Source: Paraglomus brasilianum (lineage: Eukaryota). Taken from it: a stretch of 47,580 nucleotides of DNA. The notes under the pieces were generated by a model. That model was not told where the DNA came from. It saw only the letters and a list, made by a program, of their open reading frames with translations, and ran no database searches. Location of the stretch: the NCBI GenBank assembly GCA_910592345.1, contig CAJVPI010000162.1, positions 1-47,580 on the forward strand, read 5' to 3'. Below, one piece after another: positions 1 through 13,097 of the stretch. Position 1 is the stretch's first letter. Each line of letters begins with the position of its first letter. Position numbers and translations under genes: made by a program.

Positions 1-399
1 AATCTTGGTTGGTGTTATCAGTATGGAACTGGAGTAGAAAAAGATGAACAAAAGGCAGTTGAATGGTATCAAAAAGCTGCTGAACAGGGTCATCCTCTAG
101 CACAAAATGATCTTGGTGAGTGTTATAAGCATGGAATTGGAGTAGAAAAAGACAGACAGAAGGCAGTTGAATGGTATCAAAAAATAGCTGAACAAGGATA
201 TGCATATGGGCAATATGATCTTGCTTATTGTTATCAGTATGGAGTTGGAGTAGAAAAAAATGAACAAAAAGCAATTGAGTTATATGAAAAAGCAGCTGAA
301 CAAGGATATGCTAAGGCAAAAAATAAGATTTATATTTTACTACATGATGATAAATCTAAGTTAAAAAGTAAAGTTCAAGAATTAAATAATTTGTATTAA
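1..399 (+). CDS. Sel1-like repeat (SLR/HCP-like) protein, C-terminal part (5' end lies outside the window)
   Basis: Frame 1 is open from base 1 to TAA at 397-399 and reads NLGWCYQYGTGVEKDEQKAVEWYQKAAEQGHPLAQNDLGECYKHGIGVEKDRQKAVEWYQK..., i.e. canonical 36-aa Sel1 repeats. Confidence 0.9.
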   Translation, partial: NLGWCYQYGTGVEKDEQKAVEWYQKAAEQGHPLAQNDLGECYKHGIGVEKDRQKAVEWYQKIAEQGYAYGQYDLAYCYQYGVGVEKNEQKAIELYEKAAEQGYAKAKNKIYILLHDDKSKLKSKVQELNNLY

Positions 400-776
400 A
401 GCAAAGCTTAGTAAAAGCTTTATAAGTTTGAGCACAGTCAATTTGATAATTCAACCACTTGTGTTCTAGTACTAAGGGTTTATTAGTCATACCATACACA
501 GCTTACTATTACTATTTTCTTCAATCATGAAGCAATGCCAAGCAGTACCCTTGGATGTAGCCCATCATCTATAGAATTTCTGGTAAGAGAATATTCTTTA
601 CCTACACAGTTGATGTCCATAATAATAGGGCTTCCTTTATGTTTGCAGTTGATTTGTTAACTATTTAGCATAAAAACTAGAGCATTAATGTTTATATTGA
701 TATTTATTTATTATATAGTTGTTACGTATTTTTTAGCAACTGGGTAGTCAAGGGTTTTAATTTTCACTGACATACA

Positions 777-1664
777 TAGTAAAACTCGATATAATAATAA
801 CGGAGGATATGGTTCTAACCATTTCCCCCGCTAAATGTATCTAAATCTTTTCTATAAAGTGTTACTAAAACTTTCATTGCTTTAAGTTGAATAAACTCTA
901 CTCTTACTATGTCCAGAGATAATTTTGCAAGATAGTAACAATGAGCCAATGTACTGATATTTTTAAAAAACGGCAGACAACTTTTTTTACTGTTGTCTTT
1001 CTACCACTAATACTATGAATATTCCATCGAGAGTTCAGGATATTTTGATAAATCACGTGAATCTCCGATGTACTAACAAGTCAACGATTTAAAAGTAAAA
1101 TTTTAGATTCAATTGACACTAATTCTTCCAACATAGCTTATTTCTTTTCGATGCTTTTGCAATGGGTCTTCTGAGATTATGTAACTCTTTCATTAATGAT
1201 GCACTAATCTCTAAATTATTATGTTGAAAATATTCATCACATTATCAAGTCCTACAATTGCATCATCGTCAATTTCCTTTTCTAATTCTGCTTCCACAGC
1301 TCCAAAATTTTCATCATAGGAGGGAGAATATCAGCTTTACTCCGGCTACGTCTAATTGCGTTCATTGCAATGTTTTCCCACGCAGCGTTGCAAAGTTAAT
1401 TACGACAAATATTAATTTTACATACAGATTAAAAGCGACAATCTCCAGATTTTTATCTCGAGCAAATTAATACAATTTGATTGGTCGGACGGTGATGCGT
1501 AATATGGATCCGTTATATCAGGATATTTTTATTATAACTTGGATTAGCATCCGTTAAAGGCTTTATCGAGAGATTACTAATAATCTCCAATATATCAAGA
1601 CACATTTAACTTGGTTCCGCCAAAAATCTCCGTATTAAGCGATATCCGATATCGAGTTTCACTG
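777..1664 (-). mobile_element. Decayed, internally deleted pogo/Tigger-like DNA transposon
   Basis: Imperfect TIRs TAGTAAAACTCGATAT (777) and ATATCGAGTTTCACTG+TA (ends 1664). The minus strand near 1100-1280 gives broken peptide (EIDDDAIVGLDNV / EYFQHNNLEISASLMKELHNLRR) resembling pogo transposase C-termini. Confidence 0.6.
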
Positions 1665-2173
1665 TACAACAAACAATTCAATAAATAGCGACTAGTATAA
1701 ATTTGTGCATGTCAATTGTGCCACATTTTAGGAGTGGTACACTAGTCGTTTACAGACAATATGTAAACCTTATTACAGAAGTGAGGAGCATATCCAAATA
1801 ACTAGCATGCAAACATTACTTCTACCAGTAATGACAGTGTAAATTAATTATCGGCGAAATCAAGATATAATACTGCCAATTTTAGTACGTCAAGCTGCCC
1901 GACGAAGCCAGACTGACGTAAATAAACTTTAGAGTCATTGGCATGTTTTTAAGTGCAAATTATGTAAAATGAATAAGCAATCAGACTTATCTCGGAGCTT
2001 TTCATCAACCTCTACATGAGTCTTATCATGAATGCAGTACAAATATAAATAGTTCCACCAAAAATGATTACGCAAGCGCAATAACCAGATAGTATTTCTA
2101 GAGCATGCATGAATAATTTTAATTTACTAGAACTTGATTTACCCAACTCTCCTAGCAAATTTACCTAACACAA

Positions 2174-3146
2174 ATGACTTCTACTATCTCTGAGAATGAA
2201 CAAGACGCAAATTCTTTAGAAGTTTTTCCAAGTTATGCTTTCAAAAAATCTGCTGAACAAGGAAATGCTAATGCACAATATAATCTTGGTTGGTGTTATG
2301 GGATGGAACTGGAGTAGAAAAAGACGAACAAAAAGCAGTTGAATGGTATCAAAAAGCTGCTGAACAAGGAAACACTAGTGCACAAAATAATCTTGGTGTG
2401 TGTTATCAGTACGGAACTGGAGTGGAAAAAGACGAACAGATGGCAGTTGAATGGTATCAAAAAGCAGCTGAAAAAGGAAATAATGATGCACGAATTAATC
2501 TTGGTGAGTGTTATCGACTTGGAACTGGAGTGGAAAAAGACGCAGTTGAATTGTATCAAAAAGCTGCTGGATATGAACAAGGAAATGGTGCTGCACAATT
2601 TAACCTTGGGTGGTGTTATGAGTATGGAATTGGAACCGAGAAAGATGAACAAAAGGCAGTTGAATTATATCAAAAGGCAGTTGAATTATATCAAAAGGCA
2701 GCTGAACAAGGAAACACTAATGCACAAAATAATCTTGGTTTGTGTTATGAGCATGGAATTGGAGTAAAGAAAGATAAAGAAAAGGCAGTTAAATTGTATC
2801 AAAAAGCAGCTGTAATTTTGTTGCACAAAACAATCTTGGCGAGTGTTATCAACATGGAGTTGGCATAAAAACAAATTATCAAAAAGCTGTTGAATTATTT
2901 CAGAAAGTAGCTGAACAGGGCCATGCATATGGGCAATATAATCTTGGTTTCTGTTATGAGAATGGAGTTGGAGTGAAAAAAAATGAACGAAAAGCAATTG
3001 AGCTATATGAAAAGGCGGCTGAACAAGGATATGCTAGGGCAAACAATAAGATTTATATTTTACTATACGATGATAGATCTAAGGTAAAACGTAAAGTTCA
3101 CGAGTTAACAAAGCTGTATCCAAGCAAAAAAGCAAAGCATGCTTAG
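2174..3146 (+). pseudogene. Frameshifted Sel1-repeat gene, paralog of the gene at 1-399
   Basis: ATG at 2174 (MTSTISENEQDANSLEVF...KSAEQGNANAQYNLGWCY) is followed by a 1-bp frameshift near 2300, then Sel1 repeats in ORF 2290-2868 and further frameshifts near 2810-2990. It shares the C-terminus KIYILL.DD.SK.K.KV with the first copy and ends at TAG 3146. Confidence 0.8.
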
Positions 3147-3325
3147 TGAAAGCTTTATAAATGAGCACAGTCAATTTCGATAATTCAATGGGGGATCATC
3201 AGTCGTAGCTTACTTCTATACAAATGACTCACATAACAACTGTCAAGCCTAGGTCTAAAAGGTGACGTATTTCATTTTTATAGGATTTTTATTGTCCTAC
3301 TTCGGTAGAGACACTTATTCCAGTC

Positions 3326-3985
3326 TGTGGCACGGCGAATATTTTGGTGCACAATATGTCAGTTATAAATAGAAATATAGATGACCCGATATATCGAAAT
3401 ATGGTGTCAAATGTAACATGGCGGTGTCAAATTACTACGTTCCAGTTGAAACGATAGAAGGAATATAAGCAGTTGTAGTTTTACGTTCTGAATGGTGTCT
3501 TCAGAATCTTCAGCATCTTCAGCATATTTGATTCTATTTTGTCCTTATAATCCTTGTAATTAGAATAGCTCTTTGAATTCTAATAAATCTGTAATTAATA
3601 AGTTGATATTTTCGTTCATTCCCTGGTGAGTTTTATCGAATCGTTGATTATGGGTAAAACGCTTTCTCGATCGGCGGTTAATAAGTTTGATCTTGCCCAT
3701 CGAACTTAGGCATCAGGATTTCTATTTAATTGCATGTTTAACGCGCGCGTTACCATTTATAAACTTTCCCGTCGATAGATTTTCATTAATAATCCCTAGC
3801 GAATCATAATCGTTGTTTGACTCGGAGGTTAAATAGGCGTGTACAGATATCGGATTAAGTCCGTGATAAATCTTATTTAAGTCACTAATTGAATAGAGAT
3901 TTAGCGATAGTAGGAACGATCGCGGGAAGACGACTAAATCCCAAGTTCGTTACACGAACGCTCTCCCATGTGTGGCGATCCGACA
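3326..3985. mobile_element. Putative solo-LTR-like insertion
   Basis: TG...CA ends (TGTGGC...CCGACA) are flanked by a near-identical 5-bp duplication (CAGTC/CAATC). It shares ordered motifs with 39469-40219 and lies inside the duplicated Sel1 3' flank. Confidence 0.4.
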
Positions 3986-4098
3986 CAATCATATACTGTA
4001 TCTTTACTCATTGTGATTATTAGTCATCCTCGTTTTCATGGGAATTGTGGAGCCAAGGAAAAAATGAAAAAAGTGCGGTTAGAAAATTAATGAAAATA

Positions 4099-4990
4099 CG
4101 TGGGGGTTCAAAAAGGTTTGACACAAAGCGTATTTACATAATAAATATTAATTTAACTATTCCATTCCTTTAAAATAGTCCCTTTTAACCTTTATACAAC
4201 AGCTCAGCCTTCTATGCCAACTCTGAAAGCACTCAGAATACCCTTTTTGCGCTATGCTATTGGGTATTAATTTTATAGTATAAAAAAGCTCTTGAATCCT
4301 CCCAAAACACTTTCCACCAAGTCCTTTTTAGTTTTTGAAAATAAAAAATAGTCGCACGGAGCCAGATTAGGACTATAAGGACTGAAGGATGGTAGGGAAG
4401 CAATATGACTCGTTCCCAAAAGTACTTAGCGATGACTTTTGATTTGTGTGATGCCCGCACTGTAGGCACGTGAGGTGACCTATTTAACACATGCTTTCTT
4501 GACAAAATTTTATAGTGCAAAATGATTTTAATACTTCCAGTTGAGTTAGGCATAACTTTCTGAATATTTCAATGCTAATATGGGGGTCATTATTAATAGA
4601 TCTTCAATAATATTAATGTTCAAAAGTGTACGGCTTCGCGGAGATGTCCAGAGCGGGTGTGCATCTTCGATGCTTGATTGTCCTGGCTTCGAATGCTTCA
4701 ATCTAGCGGTAAATAGTATGTTTGAATGGTGCTTTATTTCCTTCAACAGTGATTGGCCCTTTGTGATTGTCGTCGGCCCCTTTACCATTCTGCCGGCACG
4801 CCCAAGATATATCATCTTTGGTTTTCGCGAATAAAAAATTTTTCTCAACCACCATCAAATTAAAACAGATCAAACATTTTATCATTAATTGAGTGTAACT
4901 CAAGCTTTAATATAATTATTTTACCAAGCGAATGTAATCAGAGGTTGCTGAGATAATTGCACTGTGACAAAACTTTTTGAACCCCCCACG
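4099..4990 (-). mobile_element. Defective mariner (Tc1/mariner) element
   Basis: TA-flanked TIRs of about 27 bp (CGTGGGGGTTCAAAAAGGTTTGACACA / TGTGACAAAACTTTTTGAACCCCCCACG). The minus strand carries the mariner motif PYSPNLAPCDYFYFQKLK near 4330-4385. The ORF is broken and internally deleted. Confidence 0.9.
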
Positions 4991-6598
4991 TATATGATGT
5001 ATTGGTTTTATAGAATTTATGGTAAAAGAATATTCTTTACCTAACCTACAACAGGCGATATTAATAGGGCTTCTTCCAACTTATATTATTTTAGCAGTTG
5101 ATTTGTTAACTATTACTGGGGGTATTGATATTGATATTTATTGAATTATAATATTCTGTATGGTTGTTCCGTTTTTTTGTTTTTTTTTTTTTTAGCTAAT
5201 TCCAAGTTGGGCAGTCAAAGATTTTAATTTTCGCTGACATATTTGCTTCTATTCGTCACATAAGGGTTTTCTTTTCCGACCGAAACAATTTTGCGGTGCA
5301 TACGATCGCATAAGCGAAAATTTTATTATAAAATCGCAGAATTTAGGTCGCTCTCAACAGCTCATATCCCCAAGCAAATTAGGCAAACATGTATGCAAAA
5401 AAGATTTAATGAAGGGAAGATGCGACCTGAATATGAAGAGGAGATACCAAATTTGGCTGATTTCTATTAATGATACCGATTTAAGGCATTCTCATATTAA
5501 TATGATTTGATTTGAGTTAAGAGCTGAGTGACCTTAGCGTTAGTCAACAAACCCATAAATGGAAATAATTTATCCATGGTCATATTAACGTAACACTATT
5601 TATTATTACTATACTAGCTCAATTATAATAGAGTAATTTATAAGACATTTTTCAGTGACACGATGAAAACGATAACAGAAGTGCTGTACTGTATAACTTG
5701 TTATGGGCAAACATGCCAACCTTTCATGCGCATACGCGTAAATTGTTTGACTAGTATTTATGGAGAAATTATGTATTCTGACAGGGACTTCTAAGAAACA
5801 CCAATGCACAAACAAAATTGTCCTTCTGACAATCCATTACAATTTTCTATTCTAGAAAAATTAAACGCATCATATAAAAATCAGTTGAGGTCGATGTTAA
5901 GCCTACGTGTTAATTACCTTATAAAATAGTGTGAATATATGTAGAGTTTATATAATAATAACTAAAACATCTTCATTGCAAGTGGACGATCAGCAGGAGC
6001 AATTTCTCGATAGAAAATAAACTTTATTTCAAAAACTGGGTATATACGGAATTCTGAGTCTCATTAACCACATGATATTACCAAGATTCTTCTTGAAAGA
6101 TTCAAATGCTTCGCGGTTACCTGAATTCCAACAAGAACATTTCCCATCATCCAATGTTTATTTAATATTGTCAATTTGACTCGACTGTATGTAGGTAATC
6201 TCTGAGTAAGGAATTCATTTAAGTCTATTATATTCAAACTGCCAATATTGTACGAGTCCCTAAAATTAACGACATCGTTCGTATAATGCAATACGGAGAT
6301 CATTAAACGGAATTGGTTTTGCTTATAAAAATGAATACAAAATCGTCCGATCATTTTAATTATTATCACTATGGCGAACGAAAAACTGTCGGATCTTGTC
6401 TAGATAGCGAGTTAATGTAGATAGATAAAATTCTTCTTTGAACTATTTTCTTTTTTATCTTGTGTTTGACGCGGGGGGTAAGACAAATCTGCACTTTTTG
6501 ACCCCCTGAAATCTTTCTGTGGCGCTAATACTAAGTTCATTTTGTCTAGTTTTGTTGCCTGCCAAATAAGACATTCGATCATTTCGACGGACAATCAA

Positions 6599-8842
6599 AT
6601 GGAGACTACTGATGACAAAAGCCATAATTACGTGCCCACGGGCAAAGCGCTGGTCGAAACGACTACAACAACGCCGTCTCCACATTTAATCAATCCTATG
6701 CCAGACTTTAAAGAGCCGGATTATCTTCGATTGATTCTCACGTCTCGTGTGTACGATATTGTCAAAGAAACTCCATTGCAAAAGGCTACAAATCTATCGC
6801 TAAAGTTGGATAATAAGATCATGTTGAAAAGAGAGGATCTTCAGGAAGTATTTTCTTTTAAAATCCGGGGTGCATATAATAAGATTGCACATCTTGCTCC
6901 CGAAGAGAAAAAAAGAGGGGTTATTGCTTGTTCTGCAGGTATGTGGTATATCGTGAGTAGCGCAGAAAAAAGGATCCTTCGACGTGGAAAGCAAACTATC
7001 TGCATGCGAACTACAAAAGGTGTATTGAAAGTTTCATGAAATTTGTTAAAGGAAATCATGCGCAAGGTGTTGCATTATCTGCCAGACATCTTGGGCTACC
7101 AGCCACCATTGTCATGCCTTTGTAAGCGGATCTTCCTTCTTTGCTTGTGATGATGAAACTCTATTACTTGTAGCTACTGTTTACTAAATAAAAATGCGTA
7201 CTTTTCCTACGATCAAATGCATTTACTATCCTCGTTTAGAGCCACACCAGACATTAAATGGCGCAATGTTAAGCGACTAGGTGCAAAGGTAGTCCTACAC
7301 GGTTCAGACTTTGATGAAGCAAAGCAAGAATGTGCTCGTCTCTCTGAGCTCCACCAACTCACCAATATACCTCCATATGATGACCCATATGTAATAGCTG
7401 GTCAAGGCACAATAGCAATGGAGATTCTTCGGCAATGCAATCTTGACGAGATACATGCTATCTTTGCTTGCGTAGGCGGCGGAGGATTGATTGCGGGCAT
7501 TGGGAGTTACGTGAAGAAGTTGTGTCCGAATATTAAGATCATTGGCGTAGAGACTTATGATGCTAATGCAATGACGCTGTCGTTAAAAGCACAGGAGCGA
7601 GCTGCGTTAGATGAAGTGGGTTTATTCGCCGATGGAGCAGCTGTCAGGCTGGTTGGTGAGGAAACGTTTAGAGTGTGCAGAGAAGTAATCGATGAGATGG
7701 TTTTGGTGAGCACTGATGAAATATGTGCTGCTATTAAGGATGTTTTTGAAGGTAAGGACTTGGAGAAGTAGGAAAGGGCGTGCGCGTAATTAAAAGATTG
7801 TCCACAGTTTAATCTATCTATTGTAACAACGCAGATACACGTACGATAGTTGAACCAGCAGGTGCACTATCCGTGGCCGGAATAAAAAAGTATATTGCCG
7901 AAAAAAATCTTAGCGGCAAGTGCTGTGTTGCCATCACATCTGGGGCCAATATGAATTTTGATAGACTGCGTTTTGTCGCAGAGCGTGCCGAGTTGGGTGA
8001 ACATCGAGAAGCATTGATTTCCGCTATTATACCAGAAAGACCTGGAAGGTATTTTAGAGTAATTGAGTTAACGTGTTGTAAACTGATAAATTTATTATTG
8101 CTGATACACACCCCGAACATTCCAAAGTTTTGTACAATTGTACAATCACATTCATCCGCGTTCTATAACAGAGTTTTCTTATCGGTAAGCATTTTGGCTG
8201 CTGTAGCTTCTATCTAGTCTAGTTGAATCTAATCTCTATAGATAATGCTTTTCCAGATACTCTGATTCCGAGAAAGCATGGATTTACATGTCATTCATGG
8301 TTGAGAATAGAGAGAAAGAAATACCGACCATTTTAGCTGCGCTGAAAGAAGACGGGATGGATGGCCAAGATATTAGCGACAACGAAATGGCGAAAAGCCA
8401 TGCACGATACCTTGTTGGCGGGAGAAGTAATGTTGAGAACGAAAGGTTATATCGATTCGGTGAGACTGATATTGCATATTTAAATTATTACATTTACGTT
8501 CACTGCTCAATGACTTACTTGCATCCAATCTTTACAATGAACTAGAATTTCCTGAACGGCCGGGGGCGCTGCGCAAGTTTCTGCAGGGTCTCCGAGCTGA
8601 ATGGAATATTTCTCTGTTCCATTATCGAAATCACGGATCAGGTAACTGTAACAAAATGGTGTATACCAAGTCTTAATTAACGACTAATTTATTATTTTTG
8701 CATAACAGATATGGGAAAAGTTCTTGTTGGAATTCAGGTAACCCCGGACGATGCTGATGCATTTGAATCTTTCAAGAATAATCTTGGATATCATGTGGTT
8801 GATGAGACACAGAACCCCGTATACACACAGTTTTTGAAGTAA
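6599..8842 (+). CDS. ILV1: Threonine dehydratase (threonine ammonia-lyase, biosynthetic), about 8 exons
   Basis: Motifs [18 protein letters not shown] (PLP lysine), SAG|NHAQG across intron 6939-7051, [45 protein letters not shown], and C-terminal regulatory repeats ([28 protein letters not shown]). GT-AG introns; stop TAA 8840-8842. Confidence 0.95.
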
Positions 8843-11800
8843 AGTTTATCCAACTATGATCTTTACAATAACACTCGAGGAAGTGTCCTGCTGATCATCC
8901 ACTTGCAATCTTTATAATGTGAATGAGGATATTTTAGTTATACAGACTCTATAAGTCATGTGTATATATCTACATTATTTTATAATGTAATCAACACGTA
9001 GGACATCGACCCCACTGACTTCCATATTAATCACATAGTCTTGGCCACGTATGCGTTATGTTTTGAAAGCAATTAACATAGAAGATTGCAAATGGATGTC
9101 GGGACGACAATATTGCTCTGCTATGTGTGTGCATCCATGGCGTAATGATATCATTCTGTCAATAGAGAGTATTCTAGTCTCCACATTATTTCACGATTCC
9201 ATAATAAATAAATCCAATCAGTAGTCCAATCTAGTGGTCTCGGTGTTTTACACTCATAACAAAATGCATTTATCTTAGATTGTACACGCCAGACATCTCA
9301 TCACGCTGTTTGAAGAGGCAGTACGTCTGTTTACGTGCATCAGTATGTGTAACCCAAACATGATTCTCATCACATAACTAATGGAAATAATATGTTATAC
9401 TAAGTCAATAATTATCCACGTACTTTAATAAACATGATGTATAATTGAATAGTTTACCTTGTACTTGTGTGTCGGAAGTGAGTATTTCCACTCACAAATG
9501 GTTGTGTACATATTTCCAAGTATTAGCAATATTATTGTTTTACGTTTGCTTGCGAATAGCGTAATGGACGTTGTCAGTTTGACTTGACTTTATTTTGGTA
9601 ATTTGCGAGTAAGGCCATTCAAGGTTATCACTAGTTGTGATTAAGTTGTCAATTGCTTGATTTTGAATAAGTAATAGTAACAATTTCGGGAAAGAAACCA
9701 TGTCAACAATTATTGTGTTACCTCACACAGTCTTTCTGGGTTAAAGCACATATCAATGATTATCATATTGTATGAAAAGAACTTATTAGTAGCAATTAAA
9801 TGCGCATGCCGGGACAAAAACATGGTATATTTAAACTAATTAATTAATGTCAATATTTTGTATTGTCAATCACAGCTTGAATTCGGTTGGCACAGTTCCA
9901 ACAGCGCGCTTTTACATATTATTTGTTGTGCGATGGTATCTTGTCATTTTTGTAATCGTTGTGCTCTTGCGGCTAACCAATTTTTTGAGGAATAAGCTCT
10001 TTGGCAAGACCTATTTACGCGCAAAGGCAGAAAATTACTACTTTTCATTACAACACACACTATATGAAATGATATCCATTTAGACAATTGATAAAGTAAG
10101 TGGTCCAAAAGTTAGTTTTGAAGTTTGCGCACAGTGAAGATTCATGTAATAGCCAACTGATATTGTACAACGCTAAACTGGCAATGAATATTATGTATAA
10201 AGGCATTCAGTAAGTAAACCCGCGTCGTAAATCTGCACTTTGCATATAAGCGTAAGTTCAAGCTTTCGATGTTTTTAACGTTTAATCGTAAGTTACCAAT
10301 AAATATGCAAGTTCTCAATAAATGATTTGAATATTTAGCTAAAGAGTGCACGCATGGAAGTTGGCCTGTTTGCCCAGGATAACTGGGGAATGTCTTATAA
10401 ATTTACGACAACCTTCAAGCGGAAGAAAAATATTTTTTCGTGATTCTGGCAAAGTAAAAAACCATTATTATTGTATTTATAACAGTTAATTCATAATTGC
10501 AAAAAGTACAATAGCTATAATCGGCTTATTTATTTATGACAGTATATAATGTAATGATGTGTTACGCCTAGGCAATATATCGATATCCGTTTATGCTTTA
10601 CTATTATTATTATTGGTCGACTCTCACGCTCCTTATTGCATACATAACGACATTTATACTTAAGGTTATATCAAAGTAGCAAACACGCGTCTACTCATAC
10701 ATATGTATATACACCCAGACGCTTCTCTCATCGCACATGTATCGTCTCACAACAAACTCTCCTCCTCCACACAACGAACAATGCTTATGCTTCTACTCTA
10801 TATTACGCACATACGAACACGACCGGCATAGCCGATACTATATTGCTACTCTCCATCGCTTCACAACAACCTCTCCTCCTCCCAAAGCGCAAATACAACG
10901 TTGTTTAAATGTGTAACGCAACAAACCTTCGCCGCCACTCCATATTGCGCACACACGACAGTTCGCTACAAACAAGTCTTTGAAACGACGACTCGGTTTA
11001 TCGACCACATAGCCGACGAAAGAGTTTGCACAAGAACAAACATCCGCCCCTCCACGCTAATGTACACATACAAATATGCTTCTTCATTATTAACGTGTAC
11101 CGCACCGTGTAGAATGATAATGCGATAAAAAAGTAGGTTTTTTTTTCGTCTTCTTTTCCCCTCATTTAAAAGACGAGTTCCGTAGCAAGAGGAAGGTATT
11201 CTGAAGGCGAGGTGAGAAATTTTACTGGGTATTTATTTACTCATTCATCTCTTTGCTATTATTAGTACCGAACGGGCCGACATTGCGATATCAACGGTAT
11301 CACAAAGATTCGGCGGTAACGATCATGGTATTGTAAGCCTTACGGCTTGGCTGTTGTTGAAATTATTTTCTTTAAGATGATATTATTTGTAGTTACATTA
11401 TATACAGTAATTTATATATCCATAATTTATGATAAATTCTGCTTATGAACATATCCGATCAATTTGTTATTATTTGCAATCAGAGAAGGTTTGGGTAACC
11501 GCGCTAAATAAAGAGTGGAGAATGCGATGTGTTATTATTACCAATGCAGGGATTTGGTATTTATACTTTTCAGATACTCACTGTAAAAAATGCATTGTAC
11601 GAATGAATAAGAAATCGTGACATATTAAATATAAAATCAACGTTTGTATAAAAAAAGCGTAAAATTTCTTAAACCTAAATTTGGGTACTTGCTGATCTAT
11701 CAAAAACTGTATTTCATAACACGTGATTTTGAAAATTCTATTACTATTACTGTTACTATCGCGCGACTGAATGTATTAGTATGTCCAAGGTACTAAGTAA

Positions 11801-11937
11801 TTATTTTCACAGTATTATCTATTCCTTCACCAGTGCCATTCTGAATAACTTGTAAACGTTCTATTTTATTGCAGCAAATTATACGTAATAAAGTTTCTAA
11901 TCATATTCGTCATATTGACTAGTGGATCGATCGTGAG

Positions 11938-12964
11938 ATGAAGAACGAACCAGAAGTAGTGGTTTTTGACGATAAGAGCTGGAAGTCAGCGCGCGTGAGC
12001 GGATCAAATAAAGGCGAATGGAAGGCTTTCATGGTGAGCTCAATGAATAATAGGTTGCGCATAGTTGCCAGAATTCTAACAGACATTTGTTCAATAAGTA
12101 GTCTTCCAAAGTCTCAAGAATGAGTCTCAAGCCACCGTCCGTACCTCAAGACGTAGAAGAGCTTGAAGAGGAAGAGTGAGTTTACGTGTTGTGTAGTTTA
12201 TATCGGTTGCTTCGCTGAGAATGCATTACTAACCGGCCAAATAGGCTTAATCGGCAGAATGATTTAGAGTTGGAGGAACTCTTAAAGACAACCAAGCTGC
12301 TCGAGGAATACAGTAAGTCGAATAGTTTATTCCGGTGATACTAATACCGGTGTATAATTACATGTCTCTTTATCATAGCTGCCGAAGAATTGGGGGGGAA
12401 AGATCGACGAAAATACGTAGAAAAAAGAATGAATGATCTTGGTGCAAAGGTAAATAGAATATGAGCATGAGTGTATCTGTTGGTAGAATTTCTCGTAACG
12501 TTGGGTTAAATTCACTATACCAATTAGCCCAAGAAAGGAGTGAAGACCCCCATTCCGATAACAATAGGAATGAACTTGAAAAGAAAAGATCGCGAAAAGA
12601 AAGAACTCGAAGAGGTACGTTGATAAAATTAATTTTAGATCAACGATCGAACGTTCAATCGTGCAATCTATATTCAGCATGTATCATGACAGTCATCTGT
12701 AAATCGATTGAGTTTCTCAATTTGTTCATTGCTTCTTTTTCTAAGGCTAAAAATCTTGGTTTGTACCATCGGAGCATAAAGCACATATGGGCTGCATCAG
12801 CAAAAAAGAAATCGAATAATCGGAAAGATCGTGGTATTGGTGTTGGGCTTGGCAAGGTTAAAGATGGGATATTAACATTAAGTTCGCAAGAGATCAGAAG
12901 AGTGCAGGGCGCTGGTGTGAAGAAAAAACGGAAAGGCACGAAGAGACTGTTCAAGAACTTGTAG
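11938..12964 (+). CDS. FAF1: Faf1/C1orf131 (DUF4602)-like pre-rRNA processing protein, spliced; a short upstream exon (ATG 11781) is possible
   Basis: Spliced reading EPEVVVFDD...WKAFM|SSKVSRM...NDLELEELL...MNDLGAK|PKKGVKTPIPITIGMN...ELEE|AKNLG...KDRGIGVGLGKVKDGILTLSSQEIRRV matches the Faf1 C-terminal signature (RG..GK.K.G.L.LS). Confidence 0.7.
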
Positions 12965-13097
12965 TAATAGAAGCATGAGATGTAATTTTCTTACTACCGG
13001 TGATTTCAAAAAGTCTATTTTAATAAGTGTACACATCTTATTGGTATTTATAGAACAATTAAAAGATGGATAAATTATGAGTGAACCATCCAGTCTA

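Noticed and set aside
2296..2997. Antisense and alternative-frame ORFs over the Sel1 pseudogene
   Set aside because: Shadow ORFs caused by the repetitive coding sequence.
1..3000. 108-bp periodic repeats as a CRISPR-like array or satellite
   Set aside because: They are coding Sel1 repeats (36 aa) with no unique spacers, in a eukaryotic context.
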